Assembly (NCBI GenBank): GCA_002347655.1
Contig: DDWR01000024.1
Coordinates: forward strand, 59,685 to 123,684
Length of the DNA stretch: 64,000 nt
Direction of reading: 5' to 3'
Source: Verrucomicrobia bacterium UBA2281
GTDB taxonomy: Bacteria > Verrucomicrobiota > Kiritimatiellia > CAIQIC01 > Lenti-01
This document shows positions 50,331-59,483 of the stretch, one piece after another (position 1 is the stretch's first letter; each line of letters starts with the position of its first letter). The position numbers and the translations under genes were made by a program. The notes under the pieces were generated by a model that saw only the letters and a program-made list of their open reading frames with translations, was not told where the DNA came from and searched no databases.

Positions 50331-51206
50331 TCAGCCGTAGGCCAGGACGACCGGATTGCGCAGCGTGCCGATGCCGTCGATTTCGCACTCGACCACGTCG
50401 CCGTCGTGCAGCACCACGGGCGGCTTGCGCGCGGACCCGATGCCCCCCGGCGTGCCCATGGAGATCACGTCGCCCGGCTCCAGCGTCAGCACCCGGCTCA
50501 GGTCCGCCAGCACCATGTCGATGCGGAAGATCATCTGGGCGGTCTTGGATTCCTGGAGGATCTCGCCGTTGACGCGCTGGCGGATGCCCAAGGCGTGCGG
50601 CCGCTTGATTTCGTCGCGCGTGACGAGCCACGGGCCCATCGGCCCGAACGAGTCCGCGCTCTTGGCGAAGAACCACTGCAGGCGCGCCTTCTGGAGGTCG
50701 CGGTTGGTCACGTCGTTGAGCACCGCGTAGCCGGCGACGTGGGCCAGGGCCTCGCCTTCGTGGATATCGCGCGCGCGCTTGCCGATCACGACGGCCAGTT
50801 CGGCCTCGCCGTCCACGCGTTCCATGCCGGGCTTGAGCCGGATGGGATCGTGCGGGCCGCTCAGGGAGCCGGGGCTCTTGGAAAAATAGACGGGAAATTC
50901 GGGCACCTTGGCGTCGAATTCCTTGGCGTGGTCGCGGTAGTTCTTGCCCAGGCAGATGATCTGCCGCGGCGGCGCCACCGGCGGTCCCAGGCGGACGCCC
51001 TCGGCCGGGATCGTCTTGAGGTTCGGCTCTTTGAGCAGGGCCTGCAGGCGCTCGACGCCGTGCGCGGCCCAGAAGCGCGCGTCGTAGTCGGCGATGTCGA
51101 AGACCATGCCGCGCACGTCCAAGATCCGCGCAGGCTCCTTTTTCGTCGCGTCCAGCCAGATGCCCGGCCGTTCGGCGCCGGGCGCGCCGTATCTCACCAG
51201 TTTCAT
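50331..51206 (-). CDS. fumarylacetoacetate hydrolase (FAH) family protein
   Basis: Start ATG at 51206 (MKLVRYGAPGAERPGIWLD...), FAH fold motifs; 291 aa. Confidence 0.85.
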   Translation of the reverse strand: MKLVRYGAPGAERPGIWLDATKKEPARILDVRGMVFDIADYDARFWAAHGVERLQALLKEPNLKTIPAEGVRLGPPVAPPRQIICLGKNYRDHAKEFDAKVPEFPVYFSKSPGSLSGPHDPIRLKPGMERVDGEAELAVVIGKRARDIHEGEALAHVAGYAVLNDVTNRDLQKARLQWFFAKSADSFGPMGPWLVTRDEIKRPHALGIRQRVNGEILQESKTAQMIFRIDMVLADLSRVLTLEPGDVISMGTPGGIGSARKPPVVLHDGDVVECEIDGIGTLRNPVVLAYG

Positions 51207-52174
51207 CGGCACCCCTTCTTTCGGGCCGGTTGCGCATATGGGCCGAGAAAACGACTGCCATTCAAATGAATCAGGTGGTCGGGATGCTCCGCAACCCACA
51301 CCTCGGTTTCCCATGCCAATTCATTCCAGTATTTGGACATAATGGCGCGGGACGGAAACGCCGTGACGAAAACCAATCCCGCCATGGACTTTCCAAACAA
51401 CCTTTTCAACTCCTCGTGCCGCTTGGGATTCACCGGCCCATGACTGGTGACTACCTCGATCAACACCAGCCATTTTCGCCTTCCGTCATGCACGACCACG
51501 TCCGGCATCTTTCCGTGTTCATCGAGTTGGATGCCGAGCGTGCCGAAGCCCTTTTCATCCCGAAAAGCCCACTTTTTACCCGTGTCGCCGACATACAGCA
51601 AGTTGCCCCCCGGAACAAACCGAGAAGCAAATTGCTCCACCACCGCACGAATCAACAGGCTGTGCGCCCCTGGGGTCAAATGCAGAATGCGATTGCCCGC
51701 CATGCGAACCGGAACGCGCTTCAAATCGCGAATGTGCGCATAGCGATCCGCCAAAGTGCTTCTCTGCGCCCCGGAGGTCGCCACCATTTCCGTCCAGTTT
51801 TTCGATTTCCGCGCTCTCAGCAACCGCAACGCTTCAGGCGCGATTTTATAAACCGTTTTCGGACTGTTCACGGGCCGGGCGGGATTGTCCGGATTCGGCA
51901 AGACGAGTCCGGCCTGCACCAATTGATGAACAGAAAAACGCCGGAACGTTTCGCGTGTATTGGGCGCATATTGAACCCCGTAGCGATCACGCGCGAAGTC
52001 CATCATGGGCGTAATGCCAACCAGCGGCTCTGCAGCATCACACCACTTCTTGTCCGGATCGAGATCCAAGAGCGCCAACAAGCATAGCGCCGTTCGGTCG
52101 TTTTGCTGTTCTCGCGGCATTCCCATTGCCCGCAGGACCTGAACCGCCTCGCGGATTCTCGACTTAGCGTTCAT
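51203..52174 (-). CDS. type II restriction endonuclease, BsuBI/PstI family
   Basis: 323 aa; family-typical blocks (GNLLYVGDTGKKWAFRDEKGFGTLGIQLDEHGKMPDVVVHDGRRKWLVLIEVVTSHGPV); overlaps the upstream methyltransferase by 11 nt and the downstream FAH by 4 nt; lower GC (about 55%). Confidence 0.75.
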   Translation of the reverse strand: MNAKSRIREAVQVLRAMGMPREQQNDRTALCLLALLDLDPDKKWCDAAEPLVGITPMMDFARDRYGVQYAPNTRETFRRFSVHQLVQAGLVLPNPDNPARPVNSPKTVYKIAPEALRLLRARKSKNWTEMVATSGAQRSTLADRYAHIRDLKRVPVRMAGNRILHLTPGAHSLLIRAVVEQFASRFVPGGNLLYVGDTGKKWAFRDEKGFGTLGIQLDEHGKMPDVVVHDGRRKWLVLIEVVTSHGPVNPKRHEELKRLFGKSMAGLVFVTAFPSRAIMSKYWNELAWETEVWVAEHPDHLIHLNGSRFLGPYAQPARKKGCR

Positions 52175-53663
52175 TCAATTTCTCCACCAGCGAATCAATG
52201 CGCTCTTGGCTATATCGCCGGACTTTGGCCATCTTTTTCCCCAAGCCCGTCAATTGCCGGACGGATGGATAGGGCAATTTCCTTAAATCCGTCGCGTTGA
52301 CTTGGGTATGGCCGTTGAAGGCCCGGAAATAACGATCGACCGGCGTGGAATTCAAATATGCGCACAGGCCCCGCGCCAAGTCTTCATCTAAACCGTTTTT
52401 CGCGGTGTGGAACACGTTCAAATGATTTTCGAAGCCGACCCGTGCATATTCCGGCATGGCGGCGCGTGCAACGACGCTGGCCACGATCCGCCGCGACTCT
52501 TCCTTGGATGAAAGGCGGCGCGTCACGACATAGCACCCGGCCGGATACAACCAGCGGCGTGTTTCCGGAACGTCCATAATGGCGCACTTCTTTTTAGTCG
52601 AGCCCAAAGGCCAGCGCATTTTCCCGTCGGCGAAATGGCAGGGATAGACCAGTGGCACGGAGTTGCCGGCCGCCTGATCCAACAGGAATTCTCGAAGACG
52701 GAAATCCACGACCGGACCGGTGGAAACCTGAAGCCCCAGTTCATTCAGGTCGTGAGCGAAGGGCAACGTTGCTGCAACCGCATCGGCTGCCTGCGGAATC
52801 CGAATGAATTTCTCCGCATCGCCAGCATTCACGACGGAATCGAAAGGCAAAAACCGGATTTCGCAATCACCGGATGAATCATCCCGGCTGACGCTGATGC
52901 CCACCGGTCCCTGTCGGCCGCCGCGAACCAGTTTGATGATGACGTTTTCCTGTAGCACCCCGTCCGCCTTGAACGCCGCCGTACGGGACTCGAACAGGTG
53001 GATGCGTTCAATGGCCGCATTCCTTAAGACCATCTCGCGGAACGGCCGATAATAGGGCCCATTGCAAAAGCTGCGGGGCACGATGGCCACCAGTTGGCCG
53101 CCGGGCTTGAGGAGCTGCAACGCCACGGCAACGAATCCCGAATACAGGTTCACCGTCTCGATCCCCAAATCCCGCAGCCATTTCCGATGCGGGGAATCGC
53201 TGGCGATTTTCTTATAGGGGGGGTTCAAAATTGCGTGGGTGTAGGTGCCTGGATTCCCGAACTCGAAGGGACTGGCCACGGCCTGGATGAAATCACAAGG
53301 CTGAATGGCCACCTCCAACTTCCCACCTTGCCGCTCCACGTCCAAAGCGCAGCGACGTAGGAATGGACGCAAATATTCCTGCATGCCGGGATCCACCTCG
53401 TATGCCGTTAAAAACAACGGCATCCGCAGATCCGTTTTCTCGCTCCACGCCCGGATGAAAGCTCCGGAAAGCGCACCTTGCCCAGCACCGGCATCCAGCA
53501 CAAAGGTGGCATTGTCGCCCTTGAAGTCGAACAGCGAAGCCATGAAATCGGCAATCTCCAACGGCGTCATGATCTGGCCCAGTTCGGCCCTTTTCCCCGC
53601 ACGGGCGTCGAGTTCGACTGCTTGGGGACGTCGGGATTTTCGCTTGGACAAAATACCGATCAT
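52164..53663 (-). CDS. N6-adenine DNA methyltransferase (M.PstI/M.BsuBI-like)
   Basis: FxGxG SAM motif FVLDAGAGQGAL, catalytic NPPY (AILNPPYKKI); 499 aa; paired with the BsuBI/PstI-family endonuclease. Confidence 0.8.
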   Translation of the reverse strand: MIGILSKRKSRRPQAVELDARAGKRAELGQIMTPLEIADFMASLFDFKGDNATFVLDAGAGQGALSGAFIRAWSEKTDLRMPLFLTAYEVDPGMQEYLRPFLRRCALDVERQGGKLEVAIQPCDFIQAVASPFEFGNPGTYTHAILNPPYKKIASDSPHRKWLRDLGIETVNLYSGFVAVALQLLKPGGQLVAIVPRSFCNGPYYRPFREMVLRNAAIERIHLFESRTAAFKADGVLQENVIIKLVRGGRQGPVGISVSRDDSSGDCEIRFLPFDSVVNAGDAEKFIRIPQAADAVAATLPFAHDLNELGLQVSTGPVVDFRLREFLLDQAAGNSVPLVYPCHFADGKMRWPLGSTKKKCAIMDVPETRRWLYPAGCYVVTRRLSSKEESRRIVASVVARAAMPEYARVGFENHLNVFHTAKNGLDEDLARGLCAYLNSTPVDRYFRAFNGHTQVNATDLRKLPYPSVRQLTGLGKKMAKVRRYSQERIDSLVEKLNER

Positions 53664-53669
53664 ATCCGC

Positions 53670-54668
53670 TTATGCCTTTGCCGGTCTCCGGGGCACGAAC
53701 GCCTTGCGTTCCGGCGCGGCGGGCAGGTTTTCGCTCGCGCGCGATTTGCCGAGCGGGCCGAGCACGTCGTCGGTCGTCTTGAAGTGGCACTTGGCCACGT
53801 CGAGAAACGCGGCACCGCCGTGTTTCTTGGCGATTTCGCCGGCCACCTGCTTGACCTTGTCGGATGCGCCCTTGGGCAGCTTGACGCCGTATTTCTCGCC
53901 CAGCTTGTCCATCGCCGTCAGGAAACCCGACCGCGCGAGAATCGAGGCCGCGGCCACGGCAACGTCGCTTTCCGCCTTGTGGCGCTGCTCGAGCTTGATC
54001 TTCCGCCCCTTCTGCTGCAGGGCGCGCTGGATCTGCTGCTCGGGGCCGAACTGGTCGCTCAGGGCGCGGGGACAGGTCGGCACTTTTTCGAGCAGGTTTT
54101 CGATGGCGCGGGCATGGCCCCACGCCAGAATGCGGTTCACGCTGCCCATCGTGGCGTAGAGCCGGTTGTAGGCCGCCGGGCCGATGGACACCACGACGAA
54201 CTTGTCGCCCAGCCGCGTCCGGATCTTCTTGGCCAGGTCCTGCGCCGCCTTGTCGGTCGTGATGGTCTTGCTGTCGCGCACGTTCAGCGCCTTGAGATCC
54301 TTGGCGATGGTTTCGTCGACGTAGGCCGCCGCGATGACCAGCGGGCCGAAGAAATCGCCCTTGCCGCTTTCGTCCACGCCCATGTGCGGGGCGTTGGCTT
54401 CGGGGTTGAGCACGTCCTCGTAGCCCAGGCGGGCCTCGCCCAGCACCTGCGGCTCGAGCACGAACGTCACCCAGTCCGCCGCGCCCTTGCCCTGCACCAG
54501 GCACTTGCCGCTTTGGTAGAGCACGATCTGGCAGTCTTCGCCCTCCGCCGCCGCGAGGGCGTACTCCACGCGCCGGGGCCGGTAGTTGCCCTCCCGCAGG
54601 ATCCGCGCCGCCGCGTCCATCTGGTCCGGCGTCAGCTTGATCGTGTACGAATTCTTCTTGTCCGTCAT
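53670..54668 (-). CDS. rnhC: ribonuclease HIII
   Basis: Start ATG at 54668 (MTDKKNSYTIKLTPDQMDAAARIL...), N-terminal TBP-like domain, then RNase HII/HIII catalytic GVDESGKGDFFGPLVIAAAYV; track ORF extends to 54770. Confidence 0.85.
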   Translation of the reverse strand: MTDKKNSYTIKLTPDQMDAAARILREGNYRPRRVEYALAAAEGEDCQIVLYQSGKCLVQGKGAADWVTFVLEPQVLGEARLGYEDVLNPEANAPHMGVDESGKGDFFGPLVIAAAYVDETIAKDLKALNVRDSKTITTDKAAQDLAKKIRTRLGDKFVVVSIGPAAYNRLYATMGSVNRILAWGHARAIENLLEKVPTCPRALSDQFGPEQQIQRALQQKGRKIKLEQRHKAESDVAVAAASILARSGFLTAMDKLGEKYGVKLPKGASDKVKQVAGEIAKKHGGAAFLDVAKCHFKTTDDVLGPLGKSRASENLPAAPERKAFVPRRPAKA

Positions 54669-54800
54669 GGTTCGGACCCTAGCAGACCCCACCCCCGCTG
54701 GCAACCGCCCGACCATTGACTTTCCCCTTTTCGCGGCATAGATTCCGGGCGTGAAAACCGCGGTGGACAACTCCGTCCCCGCCGTTTATGGAGACCGTTC

Positions 54801-55103
54801 ATGAAACGCACGATTCCGTTCCTGGTCTTGGCCGCCTTGCTCGCCTGGTCCGGTTGCGCCGCCCTCGAAGGTCGGGACCTGGCCGCCGAACCCGTTTCCG
54901 ACGACGGCATCGCCGCCGTCGCAACCAGCCGCCTCAACGACGATTCCATGGTCGGCCGCGCCACCCTGAGCGTGACCGTGGACAACGGTCTCGCCACGCT
55001 CTACGGCACCGTCCCCGACGAAGCCTCCCGCCAGCGGGCCCTCCAGATCGTCCGCGGCACGCCGGGCATTTTCGACGTGCTGGACCGCACGCGCAAACGC
55101 TAG
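54801..55103 (+). CDS. BON-domain lipoprotein (OsmY-like)
   Basis: Lipobox LLAWSGC, then BON domain ...ATLSVTVDNGLATLYGTVPDEASRQRALQIVRGTPGIFDV. Confidence 0.8.
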   Translation: MKRTIPFLVLAALLAWSGCAALEGRDLAAEPVSDDGIAAVATSRLNDDSMVGRATLSVTVDNGLATLYGTVPDEASRQRALQIVRGTPGIFDVLDRTRKR

Positions 55104-55111
55104 GCCCGCCC

Positions 55112-56323
55112 ATGTGCTGCCCCCGCCACTCGTTCCTGCGCCGGCAGGGCGGCTGGCTCGGGCTCCTGCCGCTGCTGGCGCTGGCCGCCGGCTGCGCCAC
55201 GCCCGGCCGGCCCGGCGCCGAACGCTGGGCCTTGAAACGTCTGCCCGAAGTGCCGGCGGATTCGGCGCGCGCCGACCGCGCCATCGTCGCCGCCTTTTTC
55301 GCCGCCAACGGCGCGCGGCTCGACGCCCAGCAACTCGAGAAGATCCTGCCCCCGGCCGCGCGGCCCGCCCAGATGGACCGCAACGCCCTGCGCGCCGCGG
55401 CCCGTGCCAACCATCGCGTGCTGGCGGTCGTGAAGGCCGACGAGGCGGAGTTGGCCAAGTGGCTCGCCGGCAATCGGCCCTTGCTGGTGCTGCTGCCGCC
55501 GGGACTGCGCTACGAGCCCAACGCCGCCGCCTTCGTGCCCGTCGCCTGGGACCGGGCGAAAGGCACCGTGGACCTGCTCGACGGCAACGGGGAAATCCAG
55601 ACCTTGCCCGAGGCGGAATTCTTCGCGCGCCGCGAACCGCTCAAGCACGCCGCGCTGTGCCTGCTCAAGCCCGGCGCCCTGGAGCGCATGCAGCCCACGC
55701 GCGACCAGAAACTCGTGCTGGCGGATTTCTGGTTCGACCAGGGCTTCTACCGCCGCGCCCAGGCCGCCTATTCCGCCATCCAGGAAGAAGCCCCGCTGGG
55801 CACCACCGACGTGGACGCGCTCGTCGGCCAAGGCAACGTCCTCGTCCGCAAGAAGCGCTACAAGGAAGCGATTCCGGTTTTCCGCGCCGCCCTCGCTCTC
55901 GAACCGGACAATCCCCGGATCCTCAACAACCTCGCCTACTGCATGCTTCACGGCGGCGGCGAGTTGATGACCGCGCTGCGCCACGCCGCCAAGGCCGACC
56001 GGCTCGATCCCGAAAATCCGCTCGTCCTCGAAACGCTCGGCAGCATCAATCTCCGGATCGGCGACGCCCCCGCCGCCGCGCGCTATCTCGAACGGGCCTG
56101 GGCCCGCGCGCTCAAGCGCTCGCCGGAAATCCAGATCGCCATCATGGACCAGCTGGTCCGAGCCTGGATCGGCGCCCAGCGGCGCGATCTGGCCTGGCAG
56201 GTCGCCGAATACCGGCAGCGCGCCTTCCCCGAATACCGGTTCCCCAAGGACATTCTCCGCACCTTTCCCGCTCTCCGCCAACCCGTTAATCCCCTGCCCG
56301 AAAACCGGTCCGGGGCCAGATGA
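55112..56323 (+). CDS. TPR-repeat lipoprotein
   Basis: ATG at 55112 (MCCPRHSFLRRQGGWLGLLPLLALAAGC lipobox), multiple TPR units (FYRRAQAAYSAI..., YKEAIPVFRAALALEPDN...); 403 aa; the track shows this frame only inside the longer ORF 54788..56323. Confidence 0.7.
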   Translation: MCCPRHSFLRRQGGWLGLLPLLALAAGCATPGRPGAERWALKRLPEVPADSARADRAIVAAFFAANGARLDAQQLEKILPPAARPAQMDRNALRAAARANHRVLAVVKADEAELAKWLAGNRPLLVLLPPGLRYEPNAAAFVPVAWDRAKGTVDLLDGNGEIQTLPEAEFFARREPLKHAALCLLKPGALERMQPTRDQKLVLADFWFDQGFYRRAQAAYSAIQEEAPLGTTDVDALVGQGNVLVRKKRYKEAIPVFRAALALEPDNPRILNNLAYCMLHGGGELMTALRHAAKADRLDPENPLVLETLGSINLRIGDAPAAARYLERAWARALKRSPEIQIAIMDQLVRAWIGAQRRDLAWQVAEYRQRAFPEYRFPKDILRTFPALRQPVNPLPENRSGAR

Positions 56324-56342
56324 AAATATTCCGCCCCAAGGG

Positions 56343-56371
56343 TTGACACCCCCCCCTCCGTCCCGTATAGT
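56343..56371 (+). promoter_or_regulatory. consensus sigma70 promoter TTGACA-17-TATAGT
   Basis: TTGACA 56343-56348, 17-nt spacer, TATAGT 56366-56371; shares CCCCCCTCCGT...TATAGTC with the rpsO promoter; no ORF follows. Confidence 0.55.
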
Positions 56372-56377
56372 CGTTGG

Positions 56378-56552
56378 ACAAATCGGGGATTCGTTGATTT
56401 CCCGCCGTTCTTTTTTAAATCCATTTTAGCGACTTGCTGCTAACCACGCAGCAAGCAGATGGGACTACGGAGACCCCCCCATACTCCGCCCGTCTGCACT
56501 CATCCGTGCCAGGCTACCCCCCCCGATAACGCCTGGCACGGACCTTTTTTTG
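56378..56552 (+). ncRNA. candidate small RNA (about 175 nt) of unknown class
   Basis: Bounded by the consensus promoter and a strong intrinsic terminator (CCGTGCCAGGC-loop-GCCTGGCACGG + ACC + TTTTTTTT at 56504-56552); internal hairpin CTTGCTGC-TAACCAC-GCAGCAAG; no convincing ORF. Confidence 0.45.
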
Positions 56553-56565
56553 CCCATGCGAGATC

Positions 56566-56712
56566 AATCTTCAATAACCAATGTCCAATATCCAATGTTC
56601 AAGTGAACAGCCGGGGATGCCGGATTGGTTTCATTGGACACGGACAATCGCCTCGATCAACAACCGACCCGGGCTGTTCACTTGGAAATTGAACATTGAA
56701 TATTGGATATTG
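56566..56712. repeat. MITE-like element, full copy D (about 147 bp, terminal inverted repeats)
   Basis: Left arm caataaccaatgtccaatatccaatgttcaagtgaacagcc, right arm ggctgttcacttggaaattgaacattgaatattggatattgaatatt; GC-rich core between arms; no coding capacity. Confidence 0.6.
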
Positions 56713-56750
56713 AATATTCCGCCCCCGTTATTTCCGAGCCCCTGTTCCCC

Positions 56751-57656
56751 CTACAGCTTTTCCGGATACTCCCCCGCGGCGACAAGCGCGCGGATCGACT
56801 CCTGCACCGTCGCCTTGTCCTCGCGGTAGGTCACCCCGAACCACCGCGACGCCGTCTCCAGCACCTTCACGGTGCCCCGCCCCGACCGGATCAACCCGTC
56901 CACCACCGCCGGGATCGTAAATTCCTTCTTCGGCGACTGCCCGCCCTCGCCCCGCAGGAATTGCTCGAACGCCGCGTCCAGGTCCCCGAAGACCGACGGC
57001 ATGAACCCCCAGCAATTCATCGAAACCGGTTCCGCGCCCGTCAGCGCCGCCGCCGTTCCGCCGTCCGGTTCGTCCCACAGCGACCCGTCCGCGTGCCGCG
57101 TGATCTTCGTGCGCTCCTGGATGCCCGTCAGCAGCCGATCCGTCCCGCACAGGCACACCCCGCGGCTCACGCTGCCGTGTTCGGAGAGCGTCTGGTCCAG
57201 GCGGAACGCGACCATGCAGTGGCCCGCCGCGCGCTGCTCGCCGGTCAGGTGCGCCGCCAAGGCGCGGAACGAGGCCGCGCCGTAGAAATCGTCCGCGTTG
57301 ATCGCCGCGAACGGCTCCGCGATCTCGCGGCGTCCCGCTCGAATCGCGTGCGCCGTGCCCCACGGCTTCGCCCGGCCCGCCGGCACCGCGAAGCCCGCCG
57401 GCACGTCGGCCAGATCCTGGAACGCATAGGCGCAGGGGATCCGCGCCTCCCACTTCGCTCCGACCGTCTCCCGGAACGCCGCCTCGAGATCCCGCCGGAT
57501 CACGAAGACGACGCGGCCAAAACCGGCGCGGATCGCATCGAAGATGGAGTAATCCAGCACGATCTCGCCCGAGGGCCCCACCGGATCGATCTGCTTCAGT
57601 CCCCCGTAGCGGCTGCCCATCCCGGCGGCCAGGATCATCAAAGTCGGCTTGTTCAT
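56751..57656 (-). CDS. sugar-phosphate nucleotidyltransferase family protein
   Basis: N-terminal LMILAAGMGSRYGGLKQ (GxGxR NTP-transferase P-loop-like motif); 301 aa. Confidence 0.7.
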   Translation of the reverse strand: MNKPTLMILAAGMGSRYGGLKQIDPVGPSGEIVLDYSIFDAIRAGFGRVVFVIRRDLEAAFRETVGAKWEARIPCAYAFQDLADVPAGFAVPAGRAKPWGTAHAIRAGRREIAEPFAAINADDFYGAASFRALAAHLTGEQRAAGHCMVAFRLDQTLSEHGSVSRGVCLCGTDRLLTGIQERTKITRHADGSLWDEPDGGTAAALTGAEPVSMNCWGFMPSVFGDLDAAFEQFLRGEGGQSPKKEFTIPAVVDGLIRSGRGTVKVLETASRWFGVTYREDKATVQESIRALVAAGEYPEKL

Positions 57657-57755
57657 GCGGGAACCTTACCAAGGCCGCCGTCCCAAGAAAACTTTTTCCG
57701 CCCGCGCCGCATCCGTGGTATCTTCGGCGAAAACCAACCGCCCCAGGAGGTCCCC

Positions 57756-58484
57756 ATGAAATCGCCGCTCCGTTTGTTCGCCGCCCTTTTCCTCGCGCTG
57801 GCCTGCGCCGCGCCTGCCTTCGCCCAGGAATCCGATTCGAAGGCTTCGCAGCCCTGGATGAAGCTCGAGAAGGAACTCGGGCTCCAGACCACCTACTCCG
57901 TCGACATGGTCATGCAGGCCATGGGCATGAACATGACCTCCCGCACCGTCCGCGACGGCGGCAAAACCCGCACCGAAATGTCCATGCCCTTCATGAACCT
58001 CAAGATGGTCGCCCTCGAAATCCCCCAGGGCGGCCAGTCCGTCTCCTACACCCTCTTCCCCGACAAGAAGAAATACGTCCGCAACGAGGAAACCGACAAC
58101 GATGGTATTTCCTCCGCCATGCCGAAGATCGAGGAACTCGGCACGGAGACCTACGAAGGCGAGGCCTGCATCAAGCGCCGCGTGACCCTGACCGAACAAG
58201 GCATTTCCACCGACATGATCATGCTCTTCTCGCCCAAGCAGAAGAACATGCCCGTCAAGATGACCGTCACCGCCAACGCCTCCATGGGCGAAGGCCAGCC
58301 ATCCATGCCCATCCAATCCGTCGTCCTCTTCAAGAACTACGACTTCTCCACGCCGAACGCCGCGCAGTTCGCGCTTCCGGCCGACTACGTCCAGGCCGCC
58401 AGCCTGCAGGCCGTCATGATGGAAGGCCTGGACCTCGGCGCCATGATGCAGCAGATGCAGCAGATGATGCCGACGGAAGAATGA
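57756..58484 (+). CDS. hypothetical secreted protein (LolA-like/DUF4412-like by composition)
   Basis: ATG at 57756 with AGGAGG RBS; signal peptide MKSPLRLFAALFLALACAAPAFA; Met-rich C-terminus; inside spurious track ORF 56703..58484. Confidence 0.55.
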   Translation: MKSPLRLFAALFLALACAAPAFAQESDSKASQPWMKLEKELGLQTTYSVDMVMQAMGMNMTSRTVRDGGKTRTEMSMPFMNLKMVALEIPQGGQSVSYTLFPDKKKYVRNEETDNDGISSAMPKIEELGTETYEGEACIKRRVTLTEQGISTDMIMLFSPKQKNMPVKMTVTANASMGEGQPSMPIQSVVLFKNYDFSTPNAAQFALPADYVQAASLQAVMMEGLDLGAMMQQMQQMMPTEE

Positions 58485-58548
58485 GACCCCCATGGCCTGA
58501 CGCCATGGGTAAACGAGGTCGGCCGCACTGGCCGACCTTTTGCTTGCC

Positions 58549-59376
58549 CTAATACACTTCCGGCACGAACAACTGGTCGGTGAGCGGCGGGCGGACGTAG
58601 CCCCGGCGCTTTTGCTTGGGCGGAAGCTTGATCGGCGCAGGCGTCAGATCCTTGTAGGGGATTTTGGTCAACAGGTCGTGGATGCAGTTCAGGCGCGCGC
58701 GCTTCTTGTTGTCGGCGTTGACGACGTTCCAGCGCGCCTGCGGGATGTCGCAGACCGCGAACATCTTGTCTTTGGCCTTGGAATAGTCCACCCACTTCGA
58801 GCGGGCTTCCAAATCCATCGGGCTGAGCTTCCAGCGCTTGGTGGGATCTTCGATCCGCGCCTTGAACCGCTTCTCCTGCTCGTCGTCGGAAACGGAGAAC
58901 CAGTACTTGATCAGGACGATTCCGGACCGGACGAGCATGCACTCGAACTCGGGGCACGAGCGCATGAATTCCTGATATTGCTCTTCGGTGCAGAACCCCA
59001 TCACGCGCTCCACGCCGGCGCGGTTGTACCAGCTGCGGTCGAACAACACCATTTCCCCCGCGGCGGGCAGATGCGGCACGTAGCGCTGGAAATACCACTG
59101 CGTCTTTTCCTTGTCCGTGGGCGTGCCCAAAGCCACCACGCGGCAGATGCGGGGATTCAGGCATTCCGTGATGCGCTTGATCGCGCCGCCCTTGCCCGCC
59201 GCGTCGCGCCCCTCGAAAATCACGACGACCCGCAAGCCCTTCTGCTTGATCCACTCCTGCAATTTCACCAGCTCGACCTGCAGTTTGGCGAGTTCCTTCT
59301 CGTACTTGAGCTTCTTCTCCCCGTCCTTCTTCGTCTTCATGCGCAGCTCCTCCACGGCGTCTGCCGACGTCCCCAT
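58549..59376 (-). CDS. ppk2: polyphosphate kinase 2 (polyphosphate:nucleotide phosphotransferase)
   Basis: Walker A EGRDAAGKGG, PPK2 lid ...MVLFDRSWYNRAG...; start ATG at 59376 (or 59340); C-terminal part of fused track ORF 58549..61509. Confidence 0.85.
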   Translation of the reverse strand: MGTSADAVEELRMKTKKDGEKKLKYEKELAKLQVELVKLQEWIKQKGLRVVVIFEGRDAAGKGGAIKRITECLNPRICRVVALGTPTDKEKTQWYFQRYVPHLPAAGEMVLFDRSWYNRAGVERVMGFCTEEQYQEFMRSCPEFECMLVRSGIVLIKYWFSVSDDEQEKRFKARIEDPTKRWKLSPMDLEARSKWVDYSKAKDKMFAVCDIPQARWNVVNADNKKRARLNCIHDLLTKIPYKDLTPAPIKLPPKQKRRGYVRPPLTDQLFVPEVY

Positions 59377-59430
59377 CCTACGCCCCCGCCCCGCCCCGGC
59401 CAAGCCCCGATTTGGCCCGGTTTTCCGGGG

Positions 59431-59470
59431 TTTTACGTAGAACGTAAAATGTTTTACGTAGCACGTAAAA
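59431..59470. promoter_or_regulatory. two tandem copies of the palindrome TTTTACGT-N3-ACGTAAAA (same motif as 14806-14855)
   Basis: ttttacgtagaacgtaaaa (59431-59449) and ttttacgtagcacgtaaaa (59452-59470), 55-95 nt upstream of the ppk2 start on the minus strand. Confidence 0.5.
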
Positions 59471-59483
59471 ACTTTCGCGCGGA

